Below, piece by piece: positions 50,079 to 59,648 of a stretch of DNA of 64,000 nt (position 1 is its first letter; each line of letters opens with the position of its first letter). The stretch spans positions 5,184,001 through 5,248,000 of the forward strand of contig OY970325.1 in the NCBI GenBank assembly GCA_963717145.1. Direction: 5' to 3'. The position numbers were made by a program, and so were the translations under genes. The notes under the pieces are model-generated. The model saw only the letters and a program-made list of their open reading frames with translations. It did not search any database and was not told the DNA's origin. The DNA comes from an uncultured Armatimonadetes bacterium (GTDB taxonomy: Bacteria; Armatimonadota; UBA5829; DTJY01).

Positions 50079-51686
50079 ATGAACACGGGAATACTGGTCA
50101 TCGTTCTGTACGTCGTAGCCATGGTCATCCTGGGCTACTGGGCGATGAGGAAGACCCACAACGTGAGCGATTTCTTCCTCGGTGGGCGGAACATCGGACC
50201 GTGGATGTCGGCGTTTGCGTACGGCACGACGTATTTCTCAGCGGTACTCTTCATCGGCTACGGCGGGAAGCTCGGCTGGGGATTCGGCCTCCACACGATG
50301 TGGATCGTCGCCGGAAACGTGCTCGTCGGAAGTCTGTTGGCGTGGTGGGTCTTGGGAAGACGGACTCGGGAGATGACCTCTCGGATCGACGCGATGACCA
50401 TGCCCGATTTCCTTGCCAAGCGGTACAGCAGTCCGGCGCTCAAGGTGCTGGCTGCCCTGCTCATTTTCATCTTTCTGGTCCCGTACTCCGCGTCCGTATA
50501 CATGGGACTCAGCTACCTGTTCCAGACGGCATTCGACATGCCCTACACTACGGCACTGGGCATCCTGGCGGCTCTGACGGCGGTGTACCTGGTCATGGGC
50601 GGTTACTTCGCCATCACGCTCACTGACTTCCTCATGGGCCTGATAATGCTCTCGGGAGTCGGAGTCATGCTGACCCTCCTGATCGGCAAGGCGGGCGGCA
50701 TCGGTCACACTCTCCAACTTCTCACCGACTGGAAGACCTGCTCCCCTGCCCTGAACCTGCCACCGGGAGCGCCTGTCCCGCCGATCCCGAACTGGCTTAC
50801 CCTGGCGTCTCTGGTCGTCCTGACGAGTCTCGGGCCGTGGGGTCTCCCGCAGATGGTACAGAAGTTCTACTCGATCAAGAGCGGCGACCAGGTGAAGCGC
50901 GCGATGATCGTAGCCACCCTGTTCGCGCTGGTCGTCACCCTCGGCGGCTACTTCACAGGCGCGATGACGCACATCAACGTGCCGAACGCCGCCCACGTCT
51001 CCGCATCGAGTGCATCCACCGGCGACTACACCTCTCCGAAGGACCTGCCGGTGAAAATGAGGGACGGCAAGCCGGTCATTCTGCCGAGCGGAAAGCCCGA
51101 CGTCGACTGGGACAGATGGATTCCGACATACCTGGGGAACAAGCTGCCGGCATGGGTGATACTCGTCATCGCGCTGCTTGTGTTCTCGGCTTCCATGAGC
51201 ACGCTGTCATCGCTGGTATTGGTCTCCAGTTCGGCCGTGGCGATGGACCTCTACGGCGGGTCCATCAATCCAGGGGCTGACCGCAAGACCGTGCTTCTGC
51301 TGATGAGGATACTATGCGGCCTGTTCGTGGCAGTTTCGCTGTATGTTGCCCTCCAGCAGCCGAAGATCATAATCAATCTCATGGCGATATCCTGGGGCGT
51401 GTTGGCAGGCGCTTTCGCGGCCCCGTATTTCTATGGCCTGTTCTGGCGGAGAACGACAACTGCCGGGGCGGTTGCCGGCATGATCGTCGGAGTCGGCGCT
51501 GTGATCACGATCGTCAGGCACTACGGCGATCCGGGCATACCGCTCTCGGCGGCCGTGGCCATTCTGTTGCCCTTTGTCGTTGTGCCGGTCGTCAGCCTTC
51601 TGACGAAACCGATGGGGAGGGCACATCTCGACAAGTGTTTTGGCGATGGGGGCGCTAAGCCGTCACCAGCTCTCAAAGGAGAATGA
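50079..51686 (+). CDS. Sodium:solute symporter family protein
   Basis: DFFLGGR, WGLPQM, SASMST; many TM segments. Confidence 0.92.
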   Translation: MNTGILVIVLYVVAMVILGYWAMRKTHNVSDFFLGGRNIGPWMSAFAYGTTYFSAVLFIGYGGKLGWGFGLHTMWIVAGNVLVGSLLAWWVLGRRTREMTSRIDAMTMPDFLAKRYSSPALKVLAALLIFIFLVPYSASVYMGLSYLFQTAFDMPYTTALGILAALTAVYLVMGGYFAITLTDFLMGLIMLSGVGVMLTLLIGKAGGIGHTLQLLTDWKTCSPALNLPPGAPVPPIPNWLTLASLVVLTSLGPWGLPQMVQKFYSIKSGDQVKRAMIVATLFALVVTLGGYFTGAMTHINVPNAAHVSASSASTGDYTSPKDLPVKMRDGKPVILPSGKPDVDWDRWIPTYLGNKLPAWVILVIALLVFSASMSTLSSLVLVSSSAVAMDLYGGSINPGADRKTVLLLMRILCGLFVAVSLYVALQQPKIIINLMAISWGVLAGAFAAPYFYGLFWRRTTTAGAVAGMIVGVGAVITIVRHYGDPGIPLSAAVAILLPFVVVPVVSLLTKPMGRAHLDKCFGDGGAKPSPALKGE

Positions 51687-51687
51687 G

Positions 51688-52118
51688 ATGAAGGTCAAAC
51701 AGCTTTCCATATTCCTGGAGAACCAGTCCGGACGGCTCGCCGAGGTAACCGAGGCGATCGGGAACGAAGGGATCAACATCCGGGCGCTCTCGCTCGCGGA
51801 CACATCGGGCTTCGGAATCCTCAGGCTGATCGTGGACGACATAGACAAAGCCCGCGATATCCTCAAGGCCCGGCAGTTCACCGTTCGGGAGACCTACGTG
51901 ATCGCCGTCGAGATCCCGATCGGCCGGGTGGGCTGGGAAGCGTACTCAAGATCTTCGGCGACGCGAAGATCAACATCGAGTACATGTACGCATTCGTTCA
52001 GAAGGCTTCAGAGAACGCGGTCGTCATCTTCCGCATCGACAATGTGGACGAGGCGATCGAGAGGCTCAGGTCCAAGGGAGTGGGAATCCTCTCGGCAGAG
52101 CAGGTGTACGCGCTGTAG
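51688..52118 (+). CDS. Tandem ACT-domain protein, frameshift ~51917
   Basis: [21 protein letters not shown]; adding one base continues [24 protein letters not shown], colinear with the next paralog. Confidence 0.9.
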
Positions 52119-52272
52119 CCACTTCCTCCTAAAGACTTCTCCGGACATCATCCGGGCGGAAGACTTTGAGCAAGAATTCACATATAACCGGCTGCGAGGG
52201 AGGAATCCGGCTCTCTAAGCGCTAATGATTGTGCAAAAGTGCACATTGTTCGCTGGAAGAGCAACTAAGCCT

Positions 52273-52704
52273 ATGAAAGTCGAACAGATATCCGTATTCC
52301 TGGAGAACAAGTCGGGGCGTCTCGGTGATGTGACCCACGCCCTCGCACAGAGCGGAATCAATATTCGCGCCCTTTCGATCGCGGACACCGCCGATTACGG
52401 GCTCCTGCGCCTGATCGTCGATGACCCAAAGCACGCGACCGATGTGCTTACCGATCAGGGATTCACGGTCGCGGCGACCGAAGTCCTGGCGATCGAAGTG
52501 CCGGACAACCCGGGCGGCCTGGCGGGGATCATAGATATTCTGTCCTCCAAGGGCCTGAACATCGACTACATGTACGCCTTCGTCGGGACATCGGGCGAGA
52601 ACGCCATTGTTGTGTTCCGGACCGAACCGGTCGATAAGGCGATAGAGGCGCTCAGGGAAGGCGGCGCCAGGATACTTACGGGAGACGAACTCCACGCGCT
52701 CTAG
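52273..52704 (+). CDS. Tandem ACT-domain protein
   Basis: MKVEQISVFLENKSGRL, PDNPGGL, NIDYMYAF. Confidence 0.93.
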   Translation: MKVEQISVFLENKSGRLGDVTHALAQSGINIRALSIADTADYGLLRLIVDDPKHATDVLTDQGFTVAATEVLAIEVPDNPGGLAGIIDILSSKGLNIDYMYAFVGTSGENAIVVFRTEPVDKAIEALREGGARILTGDELHAL

Positions 52705-52871
52705 AGGGAGGCGACTTCCTCTTGGCATATGCGCCATCGTCGGCGTGAAACGGGCGAAACTTCCGCGCCCGTGTATGGACATCGGTCGTATGACTGCCGG
52801 CCTAGTCGGAAGTGTCCAAGAGTGACACCGGGCCTGCGGCAGCGGCTAAATCCAGATTATGGAGGTCTGAA

Positions 52872-54026
52872 GTGACGCTAGGGAAACGAATCGCAGTAGT
52901 GACGCTCGTCTGCATGGTAGCCGCGCTCTGTGCCGTGAGCGCCCATGCAGCGGCGAAGTCGACGTACCTCGTCGGCGTGGTGCTCGACGTAACGGGCCCG
53001 GCTTCTCCTCTCGGAACCCCTGAGAAGCTGACCGTCGAGATGCTCCAGAAGGGGCTCAACGGAATGGGCGGCATCAACGGCCACCCGGTCAAGTTCATCA
53101 TCTATGACAGCGCCAGCGAGGAATCGAAGGCCGTGTTGGCGGTCAAGAGGCTGATTGAGGCCGACAAGGTAAAGGCGATCATCGGCCCGAGCACCACCGG
53201 CACCACGCTCGCCATCGCCGGCATCTGCCAGAAGGCTAAGATCCCACTGATCTCCTGCGCCGCCGGCATCAAGATCACTGAGCCGGTCCAGTCGTATGTC
53301 TTCAAGACGGCCCAGCCCGATACGCTCGCAATTGCGAAGGTAATCGACTACCTGAAGGCCAAGAAGATCACAAAGGTCGCCTTCATCAACGATTCGAATG
53401 CCTTCGGCGCGAGCGGACTCGAGCAGATGATAAAGCAGGCGGCGACGGCGAAGATCACCATTGTGGCCAAGGAAGCCTTCGGAAGCAAAGACACGGATAT
53501 GACGGTCCAGCTTACTCGGATCAAGGCGAAGAACCCGCAGGCGGTCATCTGCTGGGGCACGAATCCCGGGCCGGCGCTCGTCGCGAAGAACATGAAACAG
53601 CTTGGCATCAAGTCGCCGCTCATCATGAGCCACGGCATTGCGAACAAGAAGTTCATCGAGCTGGCCGGAGACGCCGCCAATGGTGTCATCTTCCCCGCTG
53701 GTCACTTGATAGTGGCAAGCTCGATCCCGAACAAGGATCCGCAGAAGAAGGTCCTGCTGGGCTATGCGGCTCAGTTCAAGAACTTCGCCAAGGTGGACGC
53801 CGACACGTTCGGCGGTCATGCCTGGGATGCCGCCAAGATCGTGCTCAAGGCGATGGGTAAGGTCGGCGACAACCCCGCCAAGATCCGCGCCGCGATCGAG
53901 AACACGAAGGGCTTCATCGGCATCAGTGGGGTGTTCAACTTCACCGCCAAGGATCACAATGGCCTGACCAAGGACGCGTTCGAGATGGTGCTCATCAAGA
54001 ACGGCAAGTGGACTTTGCTGAAGTAG
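52872..54026 (+). CDS. LivK/LivJ-like ABC substrate-binding protein
   Basis: Signal peptide; TGPAS, GGING, IIGPS, GVFNF; GTG after GGAGG. Confidence 0.92.
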   Translation: MTLGKRIAVVTLVCMVAALCAVSAHAAAKSTYLVGVVLDVTGPASPLGTPEKLTVEMLQKGLNGMGGINGHPVKFIIYDSASEESKAVLAVKRLIEADKVKAIIGPSTTGTTLAIAGICQKAKIPLISCAAGIKITEPVQSYVFKTAQPDTLAIAKVIDYLKAKKITKVAFINDSNAFGASGLEQMIKQAATAKITIVAKEAFGSKDTDMTVQLTRIKAKNPQAVICWGTNPGPALVAKNMKQLGIKSPLIMSHGIANKKFIELAGDAANGVIFPAGHLIVASSIPNKDPQKKVLLGYAAQFKNFAKVDADTFGGHAWDAAKIVLKAMGKVGDNPAKIRAAIENTKGFIGISGVFNFTAKDHNGLTKDAFEMVLIKNGKWTLLK

Positions 54027-54068
54027 CAGATTGAAGGAATAGGGATCTAAGTCCCCGGAAATCTCCCG

Positions 54069-54141
54069 CGATGGATGCTGAATCAAGTTCAGCATGACGC
54101 GTCGCGCTACCGTCATGCTGAACTTGATTCAGCATCCATCG
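54069..54141. repeat. REP-like 31-bp perfect inverted repeat (CGTCAT-tagged)
   Basis: cgatggatgctgaatcaagttcagcatgacg / cgtcatgctgaacttgattcagcatccatcg; the stem extends imperfectly outward. Confidence 0.9.
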
Positions 54142-54182
54142 GGGGGAGGTTCCGGGGCGATCTCCCATTCAGGATCAAGCAA

Positions 54183-55058
54183 TTGACTAGTTCAGCACAG
54201 TTCCTGCAGTTCCTACTCTCAGGGGTGACAGTAGGCAGCATCTACGCGCTTACCGCAATCGGGTTCACGATCATCTATAACTGCACGCAGGTCGTCAACT
54301 TCGCGCAGGGTGAGTTCGTGATGCTCGGGGCGATGATCGCGGCGGTTCTCGTCGTGGCAGGTCACGTCTCGCTTCCCGTCGCATGTATTGCCGCGGTCGT
54401 CATAACCGGCATCGTCGGCTGGCTTATCGCATCTTCACTCCTCAGACCGCTCAGGACCGGCTCCACGGTTACGCTCATCATCATCACCGTGGGCGCTTCG
54501 ATCCTGTTTCGCGGAATCGCCATGCTGTTCTGGGGCAAGGATGCAATGCCGCTGCCGGCGTTCTCCGGTGAGAACACGCTGCATTTCGGCGGCGCCTCGA
54601 TGCAGCCCCAGAGCCTGTGGGTGCTGGCTGTCACGGCTGTGCTCGTGATCCTCCTGAGGCTCTTCTATCAGTACACTCTGCTCGGTCGCGCGATGAGGGC
54701 CTGCGCATCCTGCAAGCCGGGCGCGAAGCTCGTCGGCATCAACACCAACCGAATGACGATCCTGTCGTTCGTTCTTGGCGGGGCAGTCGGCGCGGTGGCC
54801 GGAGTCGTGATCGCTCCGATGACCATGGCCCAGTACGACATGGGCACGATGCTCGGGCTGAAGGGGTTCTGTGCCGCAATCCTCGGCGGGCTGGGCAACT
54901 TCACGGGCGGCATCGTGGCCGGACTCGCACTCGGCATTCTGGAGGCGATGGGCGCCGGTTTCATATCGAGTGGCTACAAGGATGCCATAGCCTTTGTGAT
55001 CCTTCTCATCATCCTCTTTGCCCGCCCGCAAGGGGTCTTCGGCGGGAAGAAGGGATAG
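54183..55058 (+). CDS. livH: Branched-chain amino acid-type ABC permease
   Basis: GSIYAL, VNFAQGE, GRAMRA, AAILGGLG; TTG start inferred. Confidence 0.92.
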   Translation: MTSSAQFLQFLLSGVTVGSIYALTAIGFTIIYNCTQVVNFAQGEFVMLGAMIAAVLVVAGHVSLPVACIAAVVITGIVGWLIASSLLRPLRTGSTVTLIIITVGASILFRGIAMLFWGKDAMPLPAFSGENTLHFGGASMQPQSLWVLAVTAVLVILLRLFYQYTLLGRAMRACASCKPGAKLVGINTNRMTILSFVLGGAVGAVAGVVIAPMTMAQYDMGTMLGLKGFCAAILGGLGNFTGGIVAGLALGILEAMGAGFISSGYKDAIAFVILLIILFARPQGVFGGKKG

Positions 55059-55084
55059 ATAGCATCTGTTGGGTCTCTGTTGGG

Positions 55085-55216
55085 TCGGGAGTTGTACTCC
55101 CGAACCGGAGACTGGTTTGGCGGAGTTCAACTCCGCGTCGGTTCGGCGGGATGGAGTGCAACTCCATCCCGAACGGGGACGGTAGGCTTTCGACTTTGGA
55201 CTTTCGACTTTCGACT
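55085..55216. repeat. Three GGAGT-N3-ACTCC hairpins plus 4 x CTTTCGA heptamer
   Basis: Hairpins at 55085-55103, 55120-55136 and 55147-55171; heptamers at 55187-55216. Confidence 0.85.
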
Positions 55217-56581
55217 AGACCTGCGATCCTGCGCCTGTTGCCGTTCATCGCGCTCGTCGCAGCCATACTGGCGATACCGAACCTGGTATTCAAGCCGTCC
55301 GAAACGGGCGGCAACTACTACCTCACGGTTCTGATCTACGTCGGGATCAACACGATCCTGGCGGTCGGACTGAACCTGCTCATGGGGTATGCGGGCCAGG
55401 TGTCGCTCGGTCACGCCGCCTTCTACGGTCTTGGCGCGTATGCGTCCGCCGTTCTGACGACCCGTGGCGTCCCTGCCGGTATCGTGGCCCCCGCAGCCGC
55501 CGTGATCGCCGTAATGGCGTCCGCCGCAGCGATCATCTCCATGCTTCGAGCCGAGTCCGGCAGGTTCTTGCTCTCGGTGGGCGGCTTCCTCCTTGCAGCA
55601 GTCTCCGCCGTCCACTTCGGACTCGCACACCCGGTGCCCTACATTCTGCTGGTCGCGGGCTGGATGGTTTCGTATGTTGCATACAGGATGTCGCCGATCA
55701 AACTGGCAGTCCCCTACGCCATCGGAGCGGTGGTCGGGCTCGTCACCTATTGGCTACTCGGACACGCCACGGGCGGCATGTCGCCCTGGTACGCGATGGC
55801 CGCCGGACTGGTCTTCACCTGCCTGATCGCGTATCTTATCGGCTCTCAGGCACTGAAGCTCCATGGACACTACCTGGCGATGGCGACTCTCGGCTTCGGC
55901 GTGATCATCGCCATCATCCTCGTGCAGTGGGAGCCGATGACGGGCGGCACATCGGGGATCTATGGCATTCCCAGCCTGCAACTCGGCAAGCTGGCCCTCG
56001 ACAACGATATCTCCGTCTATTACCTGGTATGGGCGCTGGTTGCGGTAGTGATCGCGTTATCCGCCAACATCGTCAACTCGCGGATCGGGCGCGCGTTCCG
56101 AGCCGTGCACGGAAGCGAGGTTGCGGCGGCTTCTCTCGGGGTCGACGCGACTCGGTACAAGGTGCAGGTCTTCGTGCTGAGCGCCGCCCTGGCTTCGATC
56201 GCCGGCAGCATCTACGCTCATTACGTCACTTTCATCAGCCCCGAGCCGTTCGGGTTCAAGTTCTCGATCGAACTGGTGGTCATGGTGGTCATCGGGGGCT
56301 TGGCGAGCATCTGGGGCGCGGTGTTTGGGGCAGCGACGATAACAATCCTCGGCGAACTGCTGCGCGGGCTGGGAACGACCCAGACATTGGGCGCGGAGAA
56401 GGGCGTCTTTGCCCTGATCCGAGATAGACTCGGTGCTTCCCCCTCAGATTTTGACGTGATCATTTTCGGCCTGATCCTGATGCTCATCATGATATACATG
56501 CCCAACGGCCTGCTCCGGACGATCGTCGACAGCGCGAAGTCTGCCATCCGCCTGGCGCGGAGAAAGAAGGCGGTGGAGTGA
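55151..56581 (+). CDS. livM: Branched-chain amino acid-type ABC permease with extra TM insert; start uncertain
   Basis: GLNLLMGYAGQVSLGHAAFYGLGAY, GHYLAMATLG, SRIGRAFRAV, VVIGG. Confidence 0.88.
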   Translation: MECNSIPNGDGRLSTLDFRLSTRPAILRLLPFIALVAAILAIPNLVFKPSETGGNYYLTVLIYVGINTILAVGLNLLMGYAGQVSLGHAAFYGLGAYASAVLTTRGVPAGIVAPAAAVIAVMASAAAIISMLRAESGRFLLSVGGFLLAAVSAVHFGLAHPVPYILLVAGWMVSYVAYRMSPIKLAVPYAIGAVVGLVTYWLLGHATGGMSPWYAMAAGLVFTCLIAYLIGSQALKLHGHYLAMATLGFGVIIAIILVQWEPMTGGTSGIYGIPSLQLGKLALDNDISVYYLVWALVAVVIALSANIVNSRIGRAFRAVHGSEVAAASLGVDATRYKVQVFVLSAALASIAGSIYAHYVTFISPEPFGFKFSIELVVMVVIGGLASIWGAVFGAATITILGELLRGLGTTQTLGAEKGVFALIRDRLGASPSDFDVIIFGLILMLIMIYMPNGLLRTIVDSAKSAIRLARRKKAVE

Positions 56582-57375
56582 TGGAGACCTCAGCCGCTTT
56601 GGTCCAGGTGCGGAAGGCACGCAAGGTTTTCGGCGGACTCACAGCCGTCGATGATGTTACGTTCGACGTGGCGCTTGGGCAGTTGTTTGCGGTCATCGGG
56701 CCAAACGGAGCAGGGAAGAGCACCATGCTGAACCTGCTATCCGGCGTCCTCAAGCCGACGGACGGCGAGATCTTCTTCCGGCAGACCGCCACTTCGGGCC
56801 TCCCGCCATACGAGATCGCCGGCCTGGGGATCGCCAGGACGTTCCAGAATGTACAGCTCTTCCCGAACATGACCGTCCTCGAAAACGTCATGGTGGGACG
56901 GCATCTGCGCTCCAGTCAGGGACTCCTGGCGGCCGCGCTCCGTTTCCCCGGGCAGATCAGGGAAGAGCGGCGGATCCTCGAATCAGCGCTCGAGCGGCTG
57001 GACTCGGTCGGGCTCGCGGACAAGCGCGAGGACTCCGCCTCGAGCTTGTCGTTCGGACAGCAGCGGCTCCTCGAGATCGCCCGCGCGCTCGCGCCTGAGC
57101 CGAAGATGCTTCTGCTGGACGAGCCGGCATCCGGTCTCAGTTCCCATGAGACCGAGACGCTCGCGGATTACCTCCTGCGAATCGTCGCCGAGGGGATCAC
57201 AGTCATCCTCGTGGACCACGACATGCAGTTCGTGATGGACATATCCGACCACGTTGTAGTGCTCGACCACGGGCAGAAGATCGCCGAGGGAACGCCGACG
57301 GAGGTGCAGGCCGATCGGAAGGTCATCGCCGCATACCTGGGAGAGGAGGTCCACGGTCATGCTAAGACTGACTAG
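56578..57375 (+). CDS. livG: ABC ATP-binding protein
   Basis: FGGLTAV, GPNGAGKS, RTFQN, LDEP, AYLG. Confidence 0.93.
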   Translation: MMETSAALVQVRKARKVFGGLTAVDDVTFDVALGQLFAVIGPNGAGKSTMLNLLSGVLKPTDGEIFFRQTATSGLPPYEIAGLGIARTFQNVQLFPNMTVLENVMVGRHLRSSQGLLAAALRFPGQIREERRILESALERLDSVGLADKREDSASSLSFGQQRLLEIARALAPEPKMLLLDEPASGLSSHETETLADYLLRIVAEGITVILVDHDMQFVMDISDHVVVLDHGQKIAEGTPTEVQADRKVIAAYLGEEVHGHAKTD

Positions 57376-58096
57376 CCTCGTCTCGGGGTATGGCAGGATC
57401 ACGGTCCTCCGCCGCATATCGATGCACGTGGGGGCCGGCGAGATCGTCGCGGTTATCGGTGCGAACGGAGCGGGCAAGACCACGCTCCTCGATACGGTAT
57501 GTGGAGTGCTCCCGGCGCAGTCGGGGTCGATCAAGCTGGACGGGAAGGAAGTCGCCGGGGCCGCCCCGGAGCGCCTGGTGAGGATGGGCATGTCGCACGC
57601 GCCTCAGGGACGCCAGCTTTTCCCCGACATGACGGTCTACGAGAACCTGGTTCTCGGCGCGTACAGAAGGAGCCGCTCCGAGAAGCGAACTCAGATGCGC
57701 GGCGACCTGGAGAACGTCTACTCTATCTTCCCGACGCTGGAGGAGCGACACGGTCAGCTCGCCGGGACGCTTTCCGGCGGTGAACAGCAGATGCTCGCGA
57801 TCGGACGAGCGCTGATGTCGAAGCCGAGGCTCCTGCTGCTCGATGAGCCATCGATGGGCCTCGCGCCGCTCGTCATCAAGGACATTTTCAAAGTCATCAG
57901 CGCACTGCACAAGCAGGGTACGACTGTGTTGGTTGTCGAACAGAACGCCAAGGCAGCGCTCTCTATCGCCCAGCGAGGCTACGTCATAGAGACGGGGCGC
58001 GTCATCCTCGAGGGGACGGCTCACGAGCTGGAGCGCAATCCCGAGGTCCAGAGAGCCTATCTGGGCAAGGGTTACAAGCACATGATAGAAAGCTGA
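57359..58096 (+). CDS. livF: ABC ATP-binding protein
   Basis: GANGAGKT, LSGGEQQMLAIGRALM, DEPSMGLAP, EQN. Confidence 0.95.
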   Translation: MLRLTSLVSGYGRITVLRRISMHVGAGEIVAVIGANGAGKTTLLDTVCGVLPAQSGSIKLDGKEVAGAAPERLVRMGMSHAPQGRQLFPDMTVYENLVLGAYRRSRSEKRTQMRGDLENVYSIFPTLEERHGQLAGTLSGGEQQMLAIGRALMSKPRLLLLDEPSMGLAPLVIKDIFKVISALHKQGTTVLVVEQNAKAALSIAQRGYVIETGRVILEGTAHELERNPEVQRAYLGKGYKHMIES

Positions 58097-58104
58097 GGAA
58101 GCCT

Positions 58105-59400
58105 ATGCCTATCTGGAACAGAAGATGCGAAACGATGTCGCGTGAAGAGATGGGGCAGTTGCAGCTCGAACGGCTCCAGTCGACCGTCAACCGCGCGTAC
58201 CGGAACGTCCGCTTCTACCACAGAAGGTTCGAGAGGCTCGGGATCGAGCCGGAGGACGTTGGCTCGCTCGACGATCTCAAGCGTCTGCCGTTTACGACGA
58301 AGGAGGACCTCTGCGACGCCTATCCCTACGAGATGTTCAGCGTCCCTCTGAGGGAGATCGTGCGCATCCACGCCTCGTCCGGGTCCTCAGGGCAGGGAGC
58401 GGTCATCGGCTATACGCGCAATGACCTGCGCACGTGGAGCGACCTCGTCGCGCGCGTCGTCAGTGCGGCCGGAGTCACGAAGCATGATGTGCTTCAGGTG
58501 ACGTTCGACTACGGGCTGTTCACGGGCGGCTTCGGGATCCATTACGGAGCCGAGCGAGTCGGCGCGTCGGTCATCCCGGCGTCGGGAGGGAATACCGAGC
58601 GCCAGATCCGCATCATGAAGGACTTCAAAACAACGGTGCTCGTCGGCACTCCGAGCTATGCCCTCCATATCGCCGAAGTGATGGACCAGATGGATGTGGA
58701 TCGGAGCGCGTTCTCTCTGCGGCTCGGGCTCTTCGGGGGCGAACCGTTCCCCGAGCATCTCAGGAGCGAGATCGAGGAGCGCCTCGGAATAAGCGCGACC
58801 GACAACTATGGGATCAGCGATGTCATGGGCCCCGGGATCGCGGGCGAGTGCGAGTGCAAGTGCGGCCTCCACGTGAATGAGGACCACTTCCTAGCCGAAC
58901 TGGTGGATCCCCAGACGCTCGAATCGGTTCCATATGGCGCGGAGGGCGAATTGGTTCTCACAACGATCACGAAGCAAGGCATGCCGCTGCTCCGATACCG
59001 AACCAGAGACCTGACGACGCTGAATCCCGAGAAATGCGTCTGCGGGCGCACCAACGTCCGCATGAGCAAGATCGCCGGCCGCACCGACGACATGCTGATC
59101 ATCCGCGGCGTGAACGTCTATCCCTCGCAGATCGAGTCGATCCTGCTCGAGATCGAGGGCGTCGAGCCGCATTACCGCATCGTCATCGACCGCGTGGCGG
59201 CGATGGACGAGATGACCATTCAGGTGGAGGTATCGAAGGAGATCCTCACCGACCAGATGCGCAGGCTCGCGGAGCTTGAGGAGAAGATCAAGTCCCGGAT
59301 GCATGCCGTCATCGGCCTGACACCCAAGCTGAAGTTGGTCGAGCCCAGGACACTCCAGGATATGGGTGGACAGAAGGTAGTCGATAACCGCAATCTTTAG
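58105..59400 (+). CDS. paaK: Second phenylacetate-CoA ligase-family paralog with altered motifs
   Basis: Colinear with 48748-50046; P-loop HASSGSSGQG; C-terminus GGQKVVD. Confidence 0.85.
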   Translation: MPIWNRRCETMSREEMGQLQLERLQSTVNRAYRNVRFYHRRFERLGIEPEDVGSLDDLKRLPFTTKEDLCDAYPYEMFSVPLREIVRIHASSGSSGQGAVIGYTRNDLRTWSDLVARVVSAAGVTKHDVLQVTFDYGLFTGGFGIHYGAERVGASVIPASGGNTERQIRIMKDFKTTVLVGTPSYALHIAEVMDQMDVDRSAFSLRLGLFGGEPFPEHLRSEIEERLGISATDNYGISDVMGPGIAGECECKCGLHVNEDHFLAELVDPQTLESVPYGAEGELVLTTITKQGMPLLRYRTRDLTTLNPEKCVCGRTNVRMSKIAGRTDDMLIIRGVNVYPSQIESILLEIEGVEPHYRIVIDRVAAMDEMTIQVEVSKEILTDQMRRLAELEEKIKSRMHAVIGLTPKLKLVEPRTLQDMGGQKVVDNRNL

Positions 59401-59409
59401 CAGATGGCT

Positions 59410-59480
59410 CATGTAGTGGCCGCGCCTCCGTGCCGGCCACTGAGGTGGTAAGGCCGGCACAGAGGCACGGCCACTACATG
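59410..59480. repeat. Intergenic GTAGTGGCCG REP doublet
   Basis: catgtagtggccgcgcctccgtgccggcc / ggccggcacagaggcacggccactacatg; same family as the first iorA insert. Confidence 0.92.
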
Positions 59481-59648
59481 CTATTTCACATCCATTTTGC
59501 TCGAGGAGGTGATCTTACTGCACCTGAGCTTGGTTTCTATCTGATAAGGCGAAACAAGGACAGCCTTATCAGGTAGTGGCCGGTGAATGCCGGCATAGTA
59601 CGAGCGGATTTCGGTCCGCGATTCGAAAATACAGAGGAGGTAAGGAAA

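Noticed and set aside
51900-51930. Programmed ribosomal frameshift in the ACT gene
   Set aside because: No slippery heptamer; the adjacent paralog is continuous; similar indels occur across the window.
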